Positions 9,319 to 18,021 of a DNA stretch of 64,000 bases are shown in pieces. The stretch is from Pseudomonadota bacterium (GTDB lineage: Bacteria; Pseudomonadota; Gammaproteobacteria; UBA1113). Made by a program: the position numbers and the translations under genes. The stretch covers positions 15,000 through 78,999 of the forward strand of contig JAJXVU010000001.1 of the NCBI GenBank assembly GCA_021781965.1, written 5' to 3'. Position 1 is the stretch's first letter. Each line of letters opens with the position of its first letter. Under the pieces are notes generated by a model. It was not told the origin of the DNA, did no database searches, and saw only the letters and a list, made by a program, of their open reading frames with translations.

Positions 9319-10794
9319 CTATTTCCCTACTGGTGCTGCAACCGCGGCTTGCGGTGCTGCAACTGCGGCTGGTGGTATTGCACCCGCTGGTGGCGGCGTT
9401 AAAACTTCTTGCGGCGCTGCCATCGTTTGCAATTGTTGTAATATTGATGGATTAAAGGGTTGTTGATTCACATAAGGCGCACCTTTTTTGATATTAATGT
9501 CCACGTTATAGAAATCACTATTTTCTCGCAATAATCCTAACTTGGCTAATTGTCCTAAAATAGCAGTAGGATCAATATTATTATTGGCTATTCCTATATT
9601 ACTGTCTATGAGATCGATAATAACGGATTGTGCCAAACTCTTGCTAAGTTCTAAATGATAAGATAATTCTATATCTTGCATCAGCGCGCTAATGCTGCTT
9701 ACAGAAGTGGGTAATTGCACAAACCGTATGGAGCCCTGAGAATGTAAGCTGCCGTTAGGAACAGACAAATCTAATTGTTTCAAAGCGATCTCAGTGTTAT
9801 TTTGTACTAAACCAGGCAATAATTTCTTAAGATCTTCGGACAAAGCATTTTGCAACTCTTCAGTATTTTCTGGCTGCGCAGCTCTTTGTTTAGCATATAC
9901 TCGAACTTTTTCTTCAATTTCTGCCAACACTTTAAAGTTTAAATTGTTAATTTGAAAATTGAAGCCCAATGGGCCATAACTTTGGTTATCGTAGGTGGCA
10001 TTGTTTATCCCTAGAGTCATTTGGTAGCTAACATCGTTATTATTGCGCAGACCAGCAAAAGCAGAATTAAAGTCTTGCAGCTTAAATTGCAGCATAGGTG
10101 GTATGGATAGGTCGATACCAGGGATAGTTATGGTTTCATTGCCTAAATAAACGCCTTGCTCCCTATGGTTGTTTATCTGCACTTGTATGCTGGGGATGTT
10201 TAAATAGCCCTTAGAATCGGCATTGACATTAAAGTTTTGCACTAAGAATTGACCTTTAACTCGGCTAAAATCGTGCGTAAAATCACAAGTCAGTTGTAGT
10301 TGATCTAAGTTAAGACTCAATAATGGTTTGCTGGCAAGGTTTACCGTAGCTTGTAGGGCGCCATTGACGTCTATTGCATAATGTAGATTGAAAGGAATGC
10401 GGATTAGAGCACTGAAAATCTTCTTTTGGAAATCGATTGTGAATAAGGTGTTTTTAGTTAATTCAGGCAAGCGTACATCCAATACAGCAATACCAAAGAA
10501 AAATTGGGTTTTACCTTGTGCATCGTGAAAGAAAGCGATAGGGCCGTGGTGAATGATCACTTCATGCTGAATAGCAGGCCATTGTGCCTCTGGAGCGCTG
10601 GTACCCCAAGTGAGCTTAGCCGTGGAGGACAACCAGCCCAAATGATATTGGCTTTGGATTTGTATATTGGGTTTTTTTGCTTGTAGCTCTGCAGTCAAAG
10701 CTTCAAAGCGATTTTTAGCGATTAAGCCGGAAACCAAGGGTAAACAAGCGATAATAGCGATGATAAGGGCTGCTATGGATAAGGTCTTTTTCAT
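9319..10794 (-). CDS. YdgA/DUF945 family protein
   Basis: N-terminal anchor, YHLGWLSSTA and IHHGP motifs. Confidence 0.75.
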   Translation of the reverse strand: MKKTLSIAALIIAIIACLPLVSGLIAKNRFEALTAELQAKKPNIQIQSQYHLGWLSSTAKLTWGTSAPEAQWPAIQHEVIIHHGPIAFFHDAQGKTQFFFGIAVLDVRLPELTKNTLFTIDFQKKIFSALIRIPFNLHYAIDVNGALQATVNLASKPLLSLNLDQLQLTCDFTHDFSRVKGQFLVQNFNVNADSKGYLNIPSIQVQINNHREQGVYLGNETITIPGIDLSIPPMLQFKLQDFNSAFAGLRNNNDVSYQMTLGINNATYDNQSYGPLGFNFQINNLNFKVLAEIEEKVRVYAKQRAAQPENTEELQNALSEDLKKLLPGLVQNNTEIALKQLDLSVPNGSLHSQGSIRFVQLPTSVSSISALMQDIELSYHLELSKSLAQSVIIDLIDSNIGIANNNIDPTAILGQLAKLGLLRENSDFYNVDINIKKGAPYVNQQPFNPSILQQLQTMAAPQEVLTPPPAGAIPPAAVAAPQAAVAAPVGK

Positions 10795-10886
10795 GGTCTG
10801 ATAATTTTCCTAATGAACTATTATCTATACTTTATGCTAGAATGCCCCCCTATTACAAGCATAAAAGCGCTTCAGGAGACATTGCT

Positions 10887-11573
10887 ATGCAAAATACGGC
10901 GACGCCGGTGATTACTATAGACGGCCCAGGAGGGGTAGGCAAGGGAACCGTAGCGCATTTATTGTCCAAAAGACTGAATTGGCATCTTCTAGACAGCGGT
11001 TCTATTTACAGGGTGGTGGCTTTTGCTGCCGAAAAAGCGGCCATTTCTGTGGACGATTCTGATAATTTATTAAGTCTTATCAACGCGTTAAAGGCTACTT
11101 TTTCAACTGACGATGAAGGTATAATGCATGTTTTTTTAAATAAAGAAGATATTACAGCGCGCATTAGAGAGCCGCACATAGGCCAAGCCGCCTCTCAATT
11201 ATCGGTGCATCCGGCTATACGAACTGCTTTATTGGACTGTCAGCGCCAATTTCGTAAGCCTAAAGGTTTGGTTGCTGATGGCCGTGATATGGGTACTGTG
11301 GTCTTTCCTGATGCGCAATTGAAGATTTTTTTAGATGCCTCCCCTGAAGCAAGGGCCATACGCCGTCACAGACAGTTGCTTGCACAGGCGATAAATGTTA
11401 CTCTAAAGGACGTTTTTGCGCAGATCATCGAAAGAGACGAGCGCGATCGTACGCGTGCTGTTGCGCCCCTAAAGGCCGCCAAAGATGCCATTATTATCGA
11501 TACCACGACGTTATCGGTGGATGAGGTCTTTGCGCAGGTGGTACTGCAATGGGATTTGTGTCAGCACAAATAA
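10887..11573 (+). CDS. cmk: Cytidylate kinase
   Basis: ITIDGPGGVGKGT, LDSGSIYR, ADGRDMGTVVFPDA; start at ATG 10887 after AGGAG. Confidence 0.96.
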   Translation: MQNTATPVITIDGPGGVGKGTVAHLLSKRLNWHLLDSGSIYRVVAFAAEKAAISVDDSDNLLSLINALKATFSTDDEGIMHVFLNKEDITARIREPHIGQAASQLSVHPAIRTALLDCQRQFRKPKGLVADGRDMGTVVFPDAQLKIFLDASPEARAIRRHRQLLAQAINVTLKDVFAQIIERDERDRTRAVAPLKAAKDAIIIDTTTLSVDEVFAQVVLQWDLCQHK

Positions 11574-11584
11574 TTGGGTTATAA

Positions 11585-11624
11585 CCGAGCCGCGATTTTC
11601 CGAGCCGCGATCGTTAGGAAGCGG
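11585..11624 (+). repeat. REP-like unit (partial plus full copy)
   Basis: CCGAGCCGCGATCGTTAGGAAGCGG at 11600-11624. Confidence 0.8.
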
Positions 11625-11811
11625 AAAGTAGCAGGCGATGTCTGCTGCCCAAAATGGTTGGTCTGGATATTCTTTAATATCTAGATCGTAATTGAAACGT
11701 GTTATAAAACACATAACAAAAAAGGCTGTATAAACTCACAGCAGTTGGTTTTTAGGCGAAGGCAACAAAGCCTAAGAAGCAAATGCGAAGAGTATAGTCT
11801 AGGAACTTATA

Positions 11812-13509
11812 ATGATAAATATTAAACAAGGTGAATTTGCTTCTTTATTGGAACAAAGTTTTGCCAAAGAAAAATTAGAAATCGGTGCTATTTGCCAGGG
11901 GCGAGTCGTTCGTATTGATAAAGATTACGTCACCGTCGATGCAGGTTTTAAATCCGAAGGTGTTATACCGCGCGAACAATTCTTAAATGATAAAGGCGAA
12001 TTAGAAATTGTTGAAGGCGATAGCGTAGACGTAGTGCTAGAAGCCTTAGAAGATGGTTTTGGCGAAACGCGTTTATCCCGTGAAAAAGCCAAACGCCTAG
12101 AAGCGTGGATAGATCTAGATAAAGCATATAATTCACAAACCACCGTCGTGGGTGTGATCAGCGGTAAAGTCAAAGGCGGTTTTACCGTCGATATTCAATC
12201 TGTACGCGCATTCTTGCCAGGTTCATTAGTCGATGTACGTCCAGTACGCGATTCTGTGGTCTTAGAAGGCAAAGAATTAGAATTCAAAGTTATTAAAATG
12301 GACGCCAAGCGTAATAACGTCGTGGTATCACGCCGTGCTGTGGTGGAATCCGAAGGCAGCACAGAGCGTCAAGCGTTGCTAGAAGGTTTATACGAAGGCC
12401 AAGTGGTCTTGGGTGTAGTGAAAAACTTAACCGATTACGGTGCGTTTGTGGACTTAGGCGGTATAGACGGCTTGTTGCACATTACCGATATGTCGTGGAC
12501 TCGCGTCAAACATCCGGGCGAATTATTAGCCGTAGGCCAAGAAGTGTCTGTAACCGTGCTGAAGTTTGACAAAGAACGTTCACGTGTATCCTTAGGTATG
12601 AAACAATTGGGCGACGATCCTTTCTTCAATACTGTGAACCGTTATCCAGTGGGTTCACGTTTGAAAGGCCGCGTGACTAATATTGCCGATTATGGTTGCT
12701 TTGTAGAATTAGACAAAGGCGTGGAAGGCTTGGTACACGTTTCCGAAATGTCTTGGACCAACAAAAATATTCATCCTAGCAAAGTGGTGCAATTAGGCGA
12801 TGAAATTGAAGTGGTTGTATTGGAAGTGGATGAAGCCCGTCGTCGTATTTCTTTAGGTATTAAGCAATGCACGATGAATCCTTGGGAACACTTTGCAACT
12901 ACGCACGAAAAGAATGATCGTGTTAAGGGCGCCATCAAATCCATTACCGATTTTGGTGTGTTCATTGGCTTGGAAGGCGGTATCGATGGTCTAGTGCATT
13001 TGAATGATATTTCTTGGAATGAACCTGGCGAAAAAGCCATACGCAATTACAAGAAAGGTCAAGAAGTTGAAGCAATGATCTTAGCCGTTGATCCAGAACG
13101 CGAACGTATCTCTTTAGGGATTAAACAGTTAGAACAAGATCCTGTAGGTACCTTCACAGATCGCTTTACCAAAGGCAGTATTGTTAGCGGTACAGTCAAA
13201 AGCGTAGATGAGAAAGGGGCGGTTATCGATTTGGGTGATGAAGTGGAAGGCTATGTACGTGCTTCCGACATCTCTAGAGATAAAGTAATGAATGCCGCTG
13301 AACATTTGCATGTAGGCGATAAGGTCGAAGCTAAGTATATGAGCATCGATCGTAAAACACGCATGATCAGCTTGTCTATCAAAGCAAAAGATTCTCAAGA
13401 AGAAGCTCAAGTGATGCGCGATCTAAATCGTGATGTTGCTGTAAATTCGACTTTAGGTGATTTGCTGAAAGATCGCATTGATTCCGATAAGGAAGCGGAT
13501 GAAAAATAG
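11812..13509 (+). CDS. rpsA: 30S ribosomal protein S1
   Basis: Repeated S1 domains; follows cmk. Confidence 0.98.
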   Translation: MINIKQGEFASLLEQSFAKEKLEIGAICQGRVVRIDKDYVTVDAGFKSEGVIPREQFLNDKGELEIVEGDSVDVVLEALEDGFGETRLSREKAKRLEAWIDLDKAYNSQTTVVGVISGKVKGGFTVDIQSVRAFLPGSLVDVRPVRDSVVLEGKELEFKVIKMDAKRNNVVVSRRAVVESEGSTERQALLEGLYEGQVVLGVVKNLTDYGAFVDLGGIDGLLHITDMSWTRVKHPGELLAVGQEVSVTVLKFDKERSRVSLGMKQLGDDPFFNTVNRYPVGSRLKGRVTNIADYGCFVELDKGVEGLVHVSEMSWTNKNIHPSKVVQLGDEIEVVVLEVDEARRRISLGIKQCTMNPWEHFATTHEKNDRVKGAIKSITDFGVFIGLEGGIDGLVHLNDISWNEPGEKAIRNYKKGQEVEAMILAVDPERERISLGIKQLEQDPVGTFTDRFTKGSIVSGTVKSVDEKGAVIDLGDEVEGYVRASDISRDKVMNAAEHLHVGDKVEAKYMSIDRKTRMISLSIKAKDSQEEAQVMRDLNRDVAVNSTLGDLLKDRIDSDKEADEK

Positions 13510-13520
13510 GACTTTATCTT

Positions 13521-13566
13521 GTTATTGCCAGCCCACGAGCGTCAGCGAGTGGGCATGGCAATCCAG
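13521..13566. repeat. Palindromic repeat of the GTCATTGC...GCAATC type
   Basis: GTTATTGCCAGCCCACGAGCGTCAGCGAGTGGGCATGGCAATCCAG hairpin; collapsed relative CTGTCATTGCAATGACA at about 15042. Confidence 0.5.
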
Positions 13567-13571
13567 GGAAA

Positions 13572-13602
13572 TACAAAAGGAGGCTCTGGCCTCCTTTTGT
13601 AT
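13572..13602 (+). terminator. Rho-independent terminator after rpsA
   Basis: ATACAAAAGGAGGC-TCTG-GCCTCCTTTTGTAT. Confidence 0.8.
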
Positions 13603-13622
13603 TTAATAAGGAGGAAATAGAT

Positions 13623-13871
13623 ATGAAAATAGTACGTTATTTCTTTTATCTACTGATCGTTGCGGTGCTATTGGCTTTAGCCGCAGTCAATTCGCAAGTG
13701 GTGACCTTGCACTATTACTGGGGTGAATGGGTATTGCCTTTATCGTTGCTCATATTCTTCGTATTGTGTTTAGGTTGTTTTTTAGGTTTGTTACTGAGTT
13801 TGGGGCCTTTGCTTAAATTGCGTAAAGAGCGCAGTCAATGGCGACGTCAGGCAAAAAACGTGGAGAAATAA
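13623..13871 (+). CDS. lapA: Lipopolysaccharide assembly protein A
   Basis: Two TM segments, NSQVVTLHY motif, upstream of lapB. Confidence 0.85.
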   Translation: MKIVRYFFYLLIVAVLLALAAVNSQVVTLHYYWGEWVLPLSLLIFFVLCLGCFLGLLLSLGPLLKLRKERSQWRRQAKNVEK

Positions 13872-13875
13872 TAAC

Positions 13876-15039
13876 GTGATTAACGCTGTTATCGCTTTAG
13901 CCGTTATTGCCGTTTTTCTGTGGATATATTGGCGCAAAAATCCAAAACAATCTCTAACCTCTACCGGTGTGCCTAAAGATTACTTAGTCGGTTTAAATTA
14001 TTTATTAAATGAAGAACCCGACAAAGCCGTTGAAATCTTGATTAAAACGCTGCAAGTAGACAGCGATACTATAGAGACCTACTTAGCCCTAGGTCATCTA
14101 TTTCGCCGTCGTGGTGAAGTGGATAGGGCCATACGCATACATCAAAATCTTATTGCAAGACCGAGCTTATCCAAGAATGAACGAATGCTAGCCTTGTTAG
14201 CCTTGGGACAAGATTATCTACGCGCAGGTGTTTATGATCGCGCCGAGCGATTATTCTTAGAAGTGATAGACAGTAAAATGTATGTGCAAGAAAGTTACCG
14301 TTATCTACTCGACATTTATCAACAAGAAAAAGAATGGGAAAAAGCTATTCAAGCGGCAGAAAAGCTGAGTGCTTTGAGTAACGATAATGTAGGGCGTCAA
14401 GTAGCGCATTATTATTGCGAATTAGCATTAGAAACACAAAAGAAGTCGGGGCGCGAGACAGCATTTCGGTACTTAAAAAAAGCCTATCAATACGATAAAT
14501 ATTGTGTGCGTGCCAGTTGGCTGCAAGGCGATTGGGAAAAAGAAGCCGGACACACTAAAATTGCATTGCGTCATTACCGCCAAGCTTTAAGCGAAGACGC
14601 AGATTTTTTACCGGAAGTATTACCTGCCCTGGTGGCTTGTTATGAAGATTTAAAGGACGAAGCAGCATTAATGGCTGAGTTAAAACAGCTGTTGGCCCAA
14701 TATCCGCGCATTTCTTTGATTTTGAGTCTGGCGGATCGTTTGCAAAAAACACAAGGAGCGACGGCCGCAGTGGATTTTTTAGCTGAGCAATTACAGCAAA
14801 AACCTTCTATACGTGGTTTGGAGCGTTTAATTCATTTGCAACAAGCACAGAATGAGCATCAGGGTTTAGAGCAAAGAAATTTGGCCTTATTGCAAACCCT
14901 GACCGAAGCCTTATTAAAAGATAAACCCATTTATCGCTGTTTACAATGCGGCTATTCTAGTAAAATTTTGCATTGGTATTGCCCCAGTTGTAAAAATTGG
15001 AATACGATAAAACCCATTATGGGTATAGAAGGGGAGTAG
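13876..15039 (+). CDS. lapB: Lipopolysaccharide assembly protein B
   Basis: GLNYLLNEEPDKA, TPR repeats, rubredoxin-like CxxC..CPSC tail. Confidence 0.95.
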   Translation: MINAVIALAVIAVFLWIYWRKNPKQSLTSTGVPKDYLVGLNYLLNEEPDKAVEILIKTLQVDSDTIETYLALGHLFRRRGEVDRAIRIHQNLIARPSLSKNERMLALLALGQDYLRAGVYDRAERLFLEVIDSKMYVQESYRYLLDIYQQEKEWEKAIQAAEKLSALSNDNVGRQVAHYYCELALETQKKSGRETAFRYLKKAYQYDKYCVRASWLQGDWEKEAGHTKIALRHYRQALSEDADFLPEVLPALVACYEDLKDEAALMAELKQLLAQYPRISLILSLADRLQKTQGATAAVDFLAEQLQQKPSIRGLERLIHLQQAQNEHQGLEQRNLALLQTLTEALLKDKPIYRCLQCGYSSKILHWYCPSCKNWNTIKPIMGIEGE

Positions 15040-15094
15040 CTCTGTCATTGCAATGACAATATACTCATAGCGATTTGCTTTTAGGCGAGGCAGC

Positions 15095-15225
15095 TTCTGT
15101 TTAAGATGCAAAATTCCGAGCCGCGACCGTTAGGGAGCGGAAAATGAACGAATAACAAGAGCATCCCGGTTTCGCTTGGAGAATAATTAGATGTTTTTAA
15201 GCCAATCAACCAGAGATTTTTTAAA
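15095..15225 (+). mobile_element. MITE-like element copy (eroded ends) with REP-like hairpin
   Basis: TTCTGTTTAAGATGCAAAATTCCGAGCCGCGACC... colinear with the 212-349 and 23552-23696 copies. Confidence 0.72.
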
Positions 15226-15297
15226 AGATAACAAAGCCTACAATCAAAGCGCGCAGAGTATAGAGGCACTTCGTAAAGCGCCTCTACAGCATATACC

Positions 15298-16368
15298 CTA
15301 ATTGATAGCGTTAGGTACACTAGAACTAGAAATACTTGCTTGCAGTTTATTTAATTCACTTTTCTTCGAGTCGTTGTTCTGCAATTCTTGTACGGCCAAC
15401 AATGTTTGTACACTTTCCAAAGCGCGGCGCTCTAAATACATTTCATAACGCATTTCGGCCATTAACATCAATTGCTCTTTATTTACTTGTGCTGGGGTAG
15501 CGTTGGATATTTGTGCTAGCCAGCCATTGGGGTCATTGACATTTAAACGACGCGTGGCCATGTACTGATCCAGTGCCAAAGGACTCATGTCCGCTTGGGG
15601 TCCCCCCAATTGTGAGCCCAGCCCTTTTTGTACTATGCGTTCATCGAGCAATGAAAATAGCGTATTCACTCCCACCGATTGCTGCGCCACATAAACACCA
15701 TATTTTTGTTGAAAAACGTCGATAGGGCCGGTATTATTTTTCAATTCTTGCACTGATACCGGGCCCACCGAGTCGGCCAGACCAGAAACAAATTGCATCA
15801 AGATAAGCGCATTTTTATTGTCTACAGATTTGGGCGTAATAGTATTAGTACTGAGTAACTTACCTATATTAAACTGTGCTAATTTCTGAGCGATGGTCTT
15901 GTCGGAGTCAGTAGATTTAGGGACTAAATCCGATGGATTTAGATTATTAAGCGCGTTGATATCCGCTGTTTGGCTGGTTTGCACTTGTATGTTATTTTGG
16001 CTTGCTTGTGCTTGGGCTGCATTTTGAGTTTGTTGATCAGCCGGCGCTTGCCCTTTTAGCGCAATAAAAGTAATGGCTCGGGTTAGTTCCCAATCTAAAT
16101 TGTTAATGTTATGGTTTGCTAGAATATTTTGTATATTGCCCTTCATGCTTTGTGAAAATTCCAGCGGGGTACCCGTAACGAGATTGGCATTTAACCAGCG
16201 TATGAGGCTGTTGGTGGCATTTTGGGTATTCGCCGCTTGGTTTTGTAGCGCGGATTTCTGATTGGCTGCATTAGCATTATTGTTGTTCGTGGGCAGCGCT
16301 GCCATAACAGCACAGGTGCTAGCCAAAGTGACGATTGCCGTAGTATATTTTAAAAAACGCTTTTTCAT
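15298..16368 (-). CDS. icmX: Dot/Icm periplasmic protein IcmX
   Basis: Signal peptide; C-terminal MATRRL..W...ATPAQVNKE..AEMRYEMYL; synteny with icmW. Confidence 0.85.
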   Translation of the reverse strand: MKKRFLKYTTAIVTLASTCAVMAALPTNNNNANAANQKSALQNQAANTQNATNSLIRWLNANLVTGTPLEFSQSMKGNIQNILANHNINNLDWELTRAITFIALKGQAPADQQTQNAAQAQASQNNIQVQTSQTADINALNNLNPSDLVPKSTDSDKTIAQKLAQFNIGKLLSTNTITPKSVDNKNALILMQFVSGLADSVGPVSVQELKNNTGPIDVFQQKYGVYVAQQSVGVNTLFSLLDERIVQKGLGSQLGGPQADMSPLALDQYMATRRLNVNDPNGWLAQISNATPAQVNKEQLMLMAEMRYEMYLERRALESVQTLLAVQELQNNDSKKSELNKLQASISSSSVPNAIN

Positions 16369-16400
16369 CGTACCATTACCTCAAATGTTGAACTATTCAA

Positions 16401-16790
16401 TTAAAAACCATAATCCCATTTATTGCGACTATTGTTGTTATTATTTTGTGATGGCAGCTTTAAACCGGTGGCACTGGGTGTAGTTGCCACAGGGGGCGTT
16501 GCTGTTGTCGCGGGGGGAGTGGCAGGAGCGGGCTGCACGGGTTGTACCGGAGTCGGTGCCTGTTGTACCACTATGGGACTATCCGGATTTTGCGCTTGCA
16601 TTGCCGCGGACAAAGTTTGTAATCTTTGCGCCAATATTTGTTGTTGTTGTATCATATTCGTTTGTGCTTGAGCGGCAATGCGATCGGCATTGCTATTGCC
16701 CTGAGCGATAGGATCCACGGCATCGGCATAAATCGCCGTGCAGCAACACACTAAGGTTAAAACCATAATAGCGGCGGATCGTTTCATCAC
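16401..16790 (-). CDS. Small exported Gln/Pro-rich protein in the icmW-icmX operon
   Basis: Signal peptide; overlaps the icmW stop; ends KWDYGF. Confidence 0.7.
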   Translation of the reverse strand: MMKRSAAIMVLTLVCCCTAIYADAVDPIAQGNSNADRIAAQAQTNMIQQQQILAQRLQTLSAAMQAQNPDSPIVVQQAPTPVQPVQPAPATPPATTATPPVATTPSATGLKLPSQNNNNNSRNKWDYGF

Positions 16791-17233
16791 TGTTCACTCC
16801 CCAAGGCTTTCATTACTATTTCTATGCGTTCATTGGCGAAGACACGGCCTAATAAACGCAAACGTTCAAATACAATATTGCGGCGTAAGAAGATGCCGGG
16901 AACATCCTCACTGCTGGCACTGTTTTCTTCAGCATGCATCAATATCTTCGAAGCGCCGCCAGGATGAGCCGTGTCTATGGTTTGTAGCAAACGTAACATG
17001 CGCGCCATCTTCATGTAGGTACAAAGCGTAATAAATTCTTGCTGATGTCCCAGTTCATAATTACCGATCGTTTCTAATGAATCGGCTAAGCCTTGCATAG
17101 CTGTTTCAAATTCGGGCGCTTCATCTACAGTCCAATGCTCGACGCCTTCCATAAAGGAAACGACACGATAGATCATGCCATCGGGATAATCTTTCCAAAA
17201 CTGGTGTACACCATCGTGACTTAAATCAGGCAT
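16787..17233 (-). CDS. icmW: Dot/Icm adaptor IcmW
   Basis: MPDLSH..FWKDY..IYRVVSFME; FLRRNIVFERLRLLGRVF. Confidence 0.96.
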   Translation of the reverse strand: MPDLSHDGVHQFWKDYPDGMIYRVVSFMEGVEHWTVDEAPEFETAMQGLADSLETIGNYELGHQQEFITLCTYMKMARMLRLLQTIDTAHPGGASKILMHAEENSASSEDVPGIFLRRNIVFERLRLLGRVFANERIEIVMKALGSEQ

Positions 17234-17316
17234 AGTGTTTGTTCCTCACATTTTTTCATCAGTATATCTATTCTTCTAAACTTGTCGCAAGTTTGCTCTT
17301 TTTTAACCCCGCTTAG

Positions 17317-17446
17317 CTTAAGGCTTTCTTAAGCAAGCAAAAAATACTATACCAGATCTAGAACATTTGCGCCTCAATTACGGTATGATAGGGTCTGTGT
17401 TAATGACAAATGTTGCTTATACAAGCAAGCTTAACAGAAAATTAAC
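17317..17446. promoter_or_regulatory. Two PmrA-like TTAA-N7-TTAA boxes in the divergent icmW/icmV promoter region
   Basis: CTTAAGGCTTTCTTAAG (17317-17333) and, on the minus strand, GTTAATTTTCTGTTAAG (17430-17446). Confidence 0.55.
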
Positions 17447-17541
17447 ACTGTGAATTAATTTGGTACAAACTATGCTATCGTTGTACAAAATTTGATACAA
17501 TGGGCCGTGTTTTAGGGTATTAACCAAAGAGATTATAAATT

Positions 17542-18018
17542 ATGAGCGTATTTAAAAAGATAGGTCATGGCTTAAGCTGGGCATACAAACCCGCCGTTAA
17601 CGTGAAAGCGTGGATGGGTTGGGATATCATCAAATCTTCCAGCAGCTATGTATACAATTTAGGCAAGAGTCTTTTTGTACCGCAAAAAGCTGGGGTCAGC
17701 GAAAGCTTTGCCGAAGCTTTGGTGCGCCTTAATTTAACGGAAGCCGATTTAAAAATACGCCAGCAAGAATTCATGCGTTTATTTCTCATTTATGCCGCCA
17801 TGGGTGTAGCCATAGTCCTATACAGTGTGTACTTATTTTATAGATTTTCTTTCATGGGTGGTTTATTAACCTTGGTGGTGGCGTCATTAGCCTTTGGCCT
17901 TGCTTTTCGCTATCACTTTTGGGTATTTCAAATTAAGCAACATAAATTAGGCTGCAGCGTGCGTGAATGGTGGAATTCACAGATAGATAACAGCAATAAA
18001 GACAGTGAGGGTAAGTAA
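17542..18018 (+). CDS. icmV: Dot/Icm inner-membrane protein IcmV
   Basis: ESFAEALVRLNLTEADL; AFRYHFWVFQIKQHKLGCS; upstream of dotA. Confidence 0.93.
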   Translation: MSVFKKIGHGLSWAYKPAVNVKAWMGWDIIKSSSSYVYNLGKSLFVPQKAGVSESFAEALVRLNLTEADLKIRQQEFMRLFLIYAAMGVAIVLYSVYLFYRFSFMGGLLTLVVASLAFGLAFRYHFWVFQIKQHKLGCSVREWWNSQIDNSNKDSEGK

Positions 18019-18021
18019 GTC

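Noticed and set aside
15081-15320. 79-aa ORF, and similar ORFs at 9236-9466 and 11511-11714
   Set aside because: They read through REP/MITE sequence (PLPNGRGS-type translations) and overlap real genes
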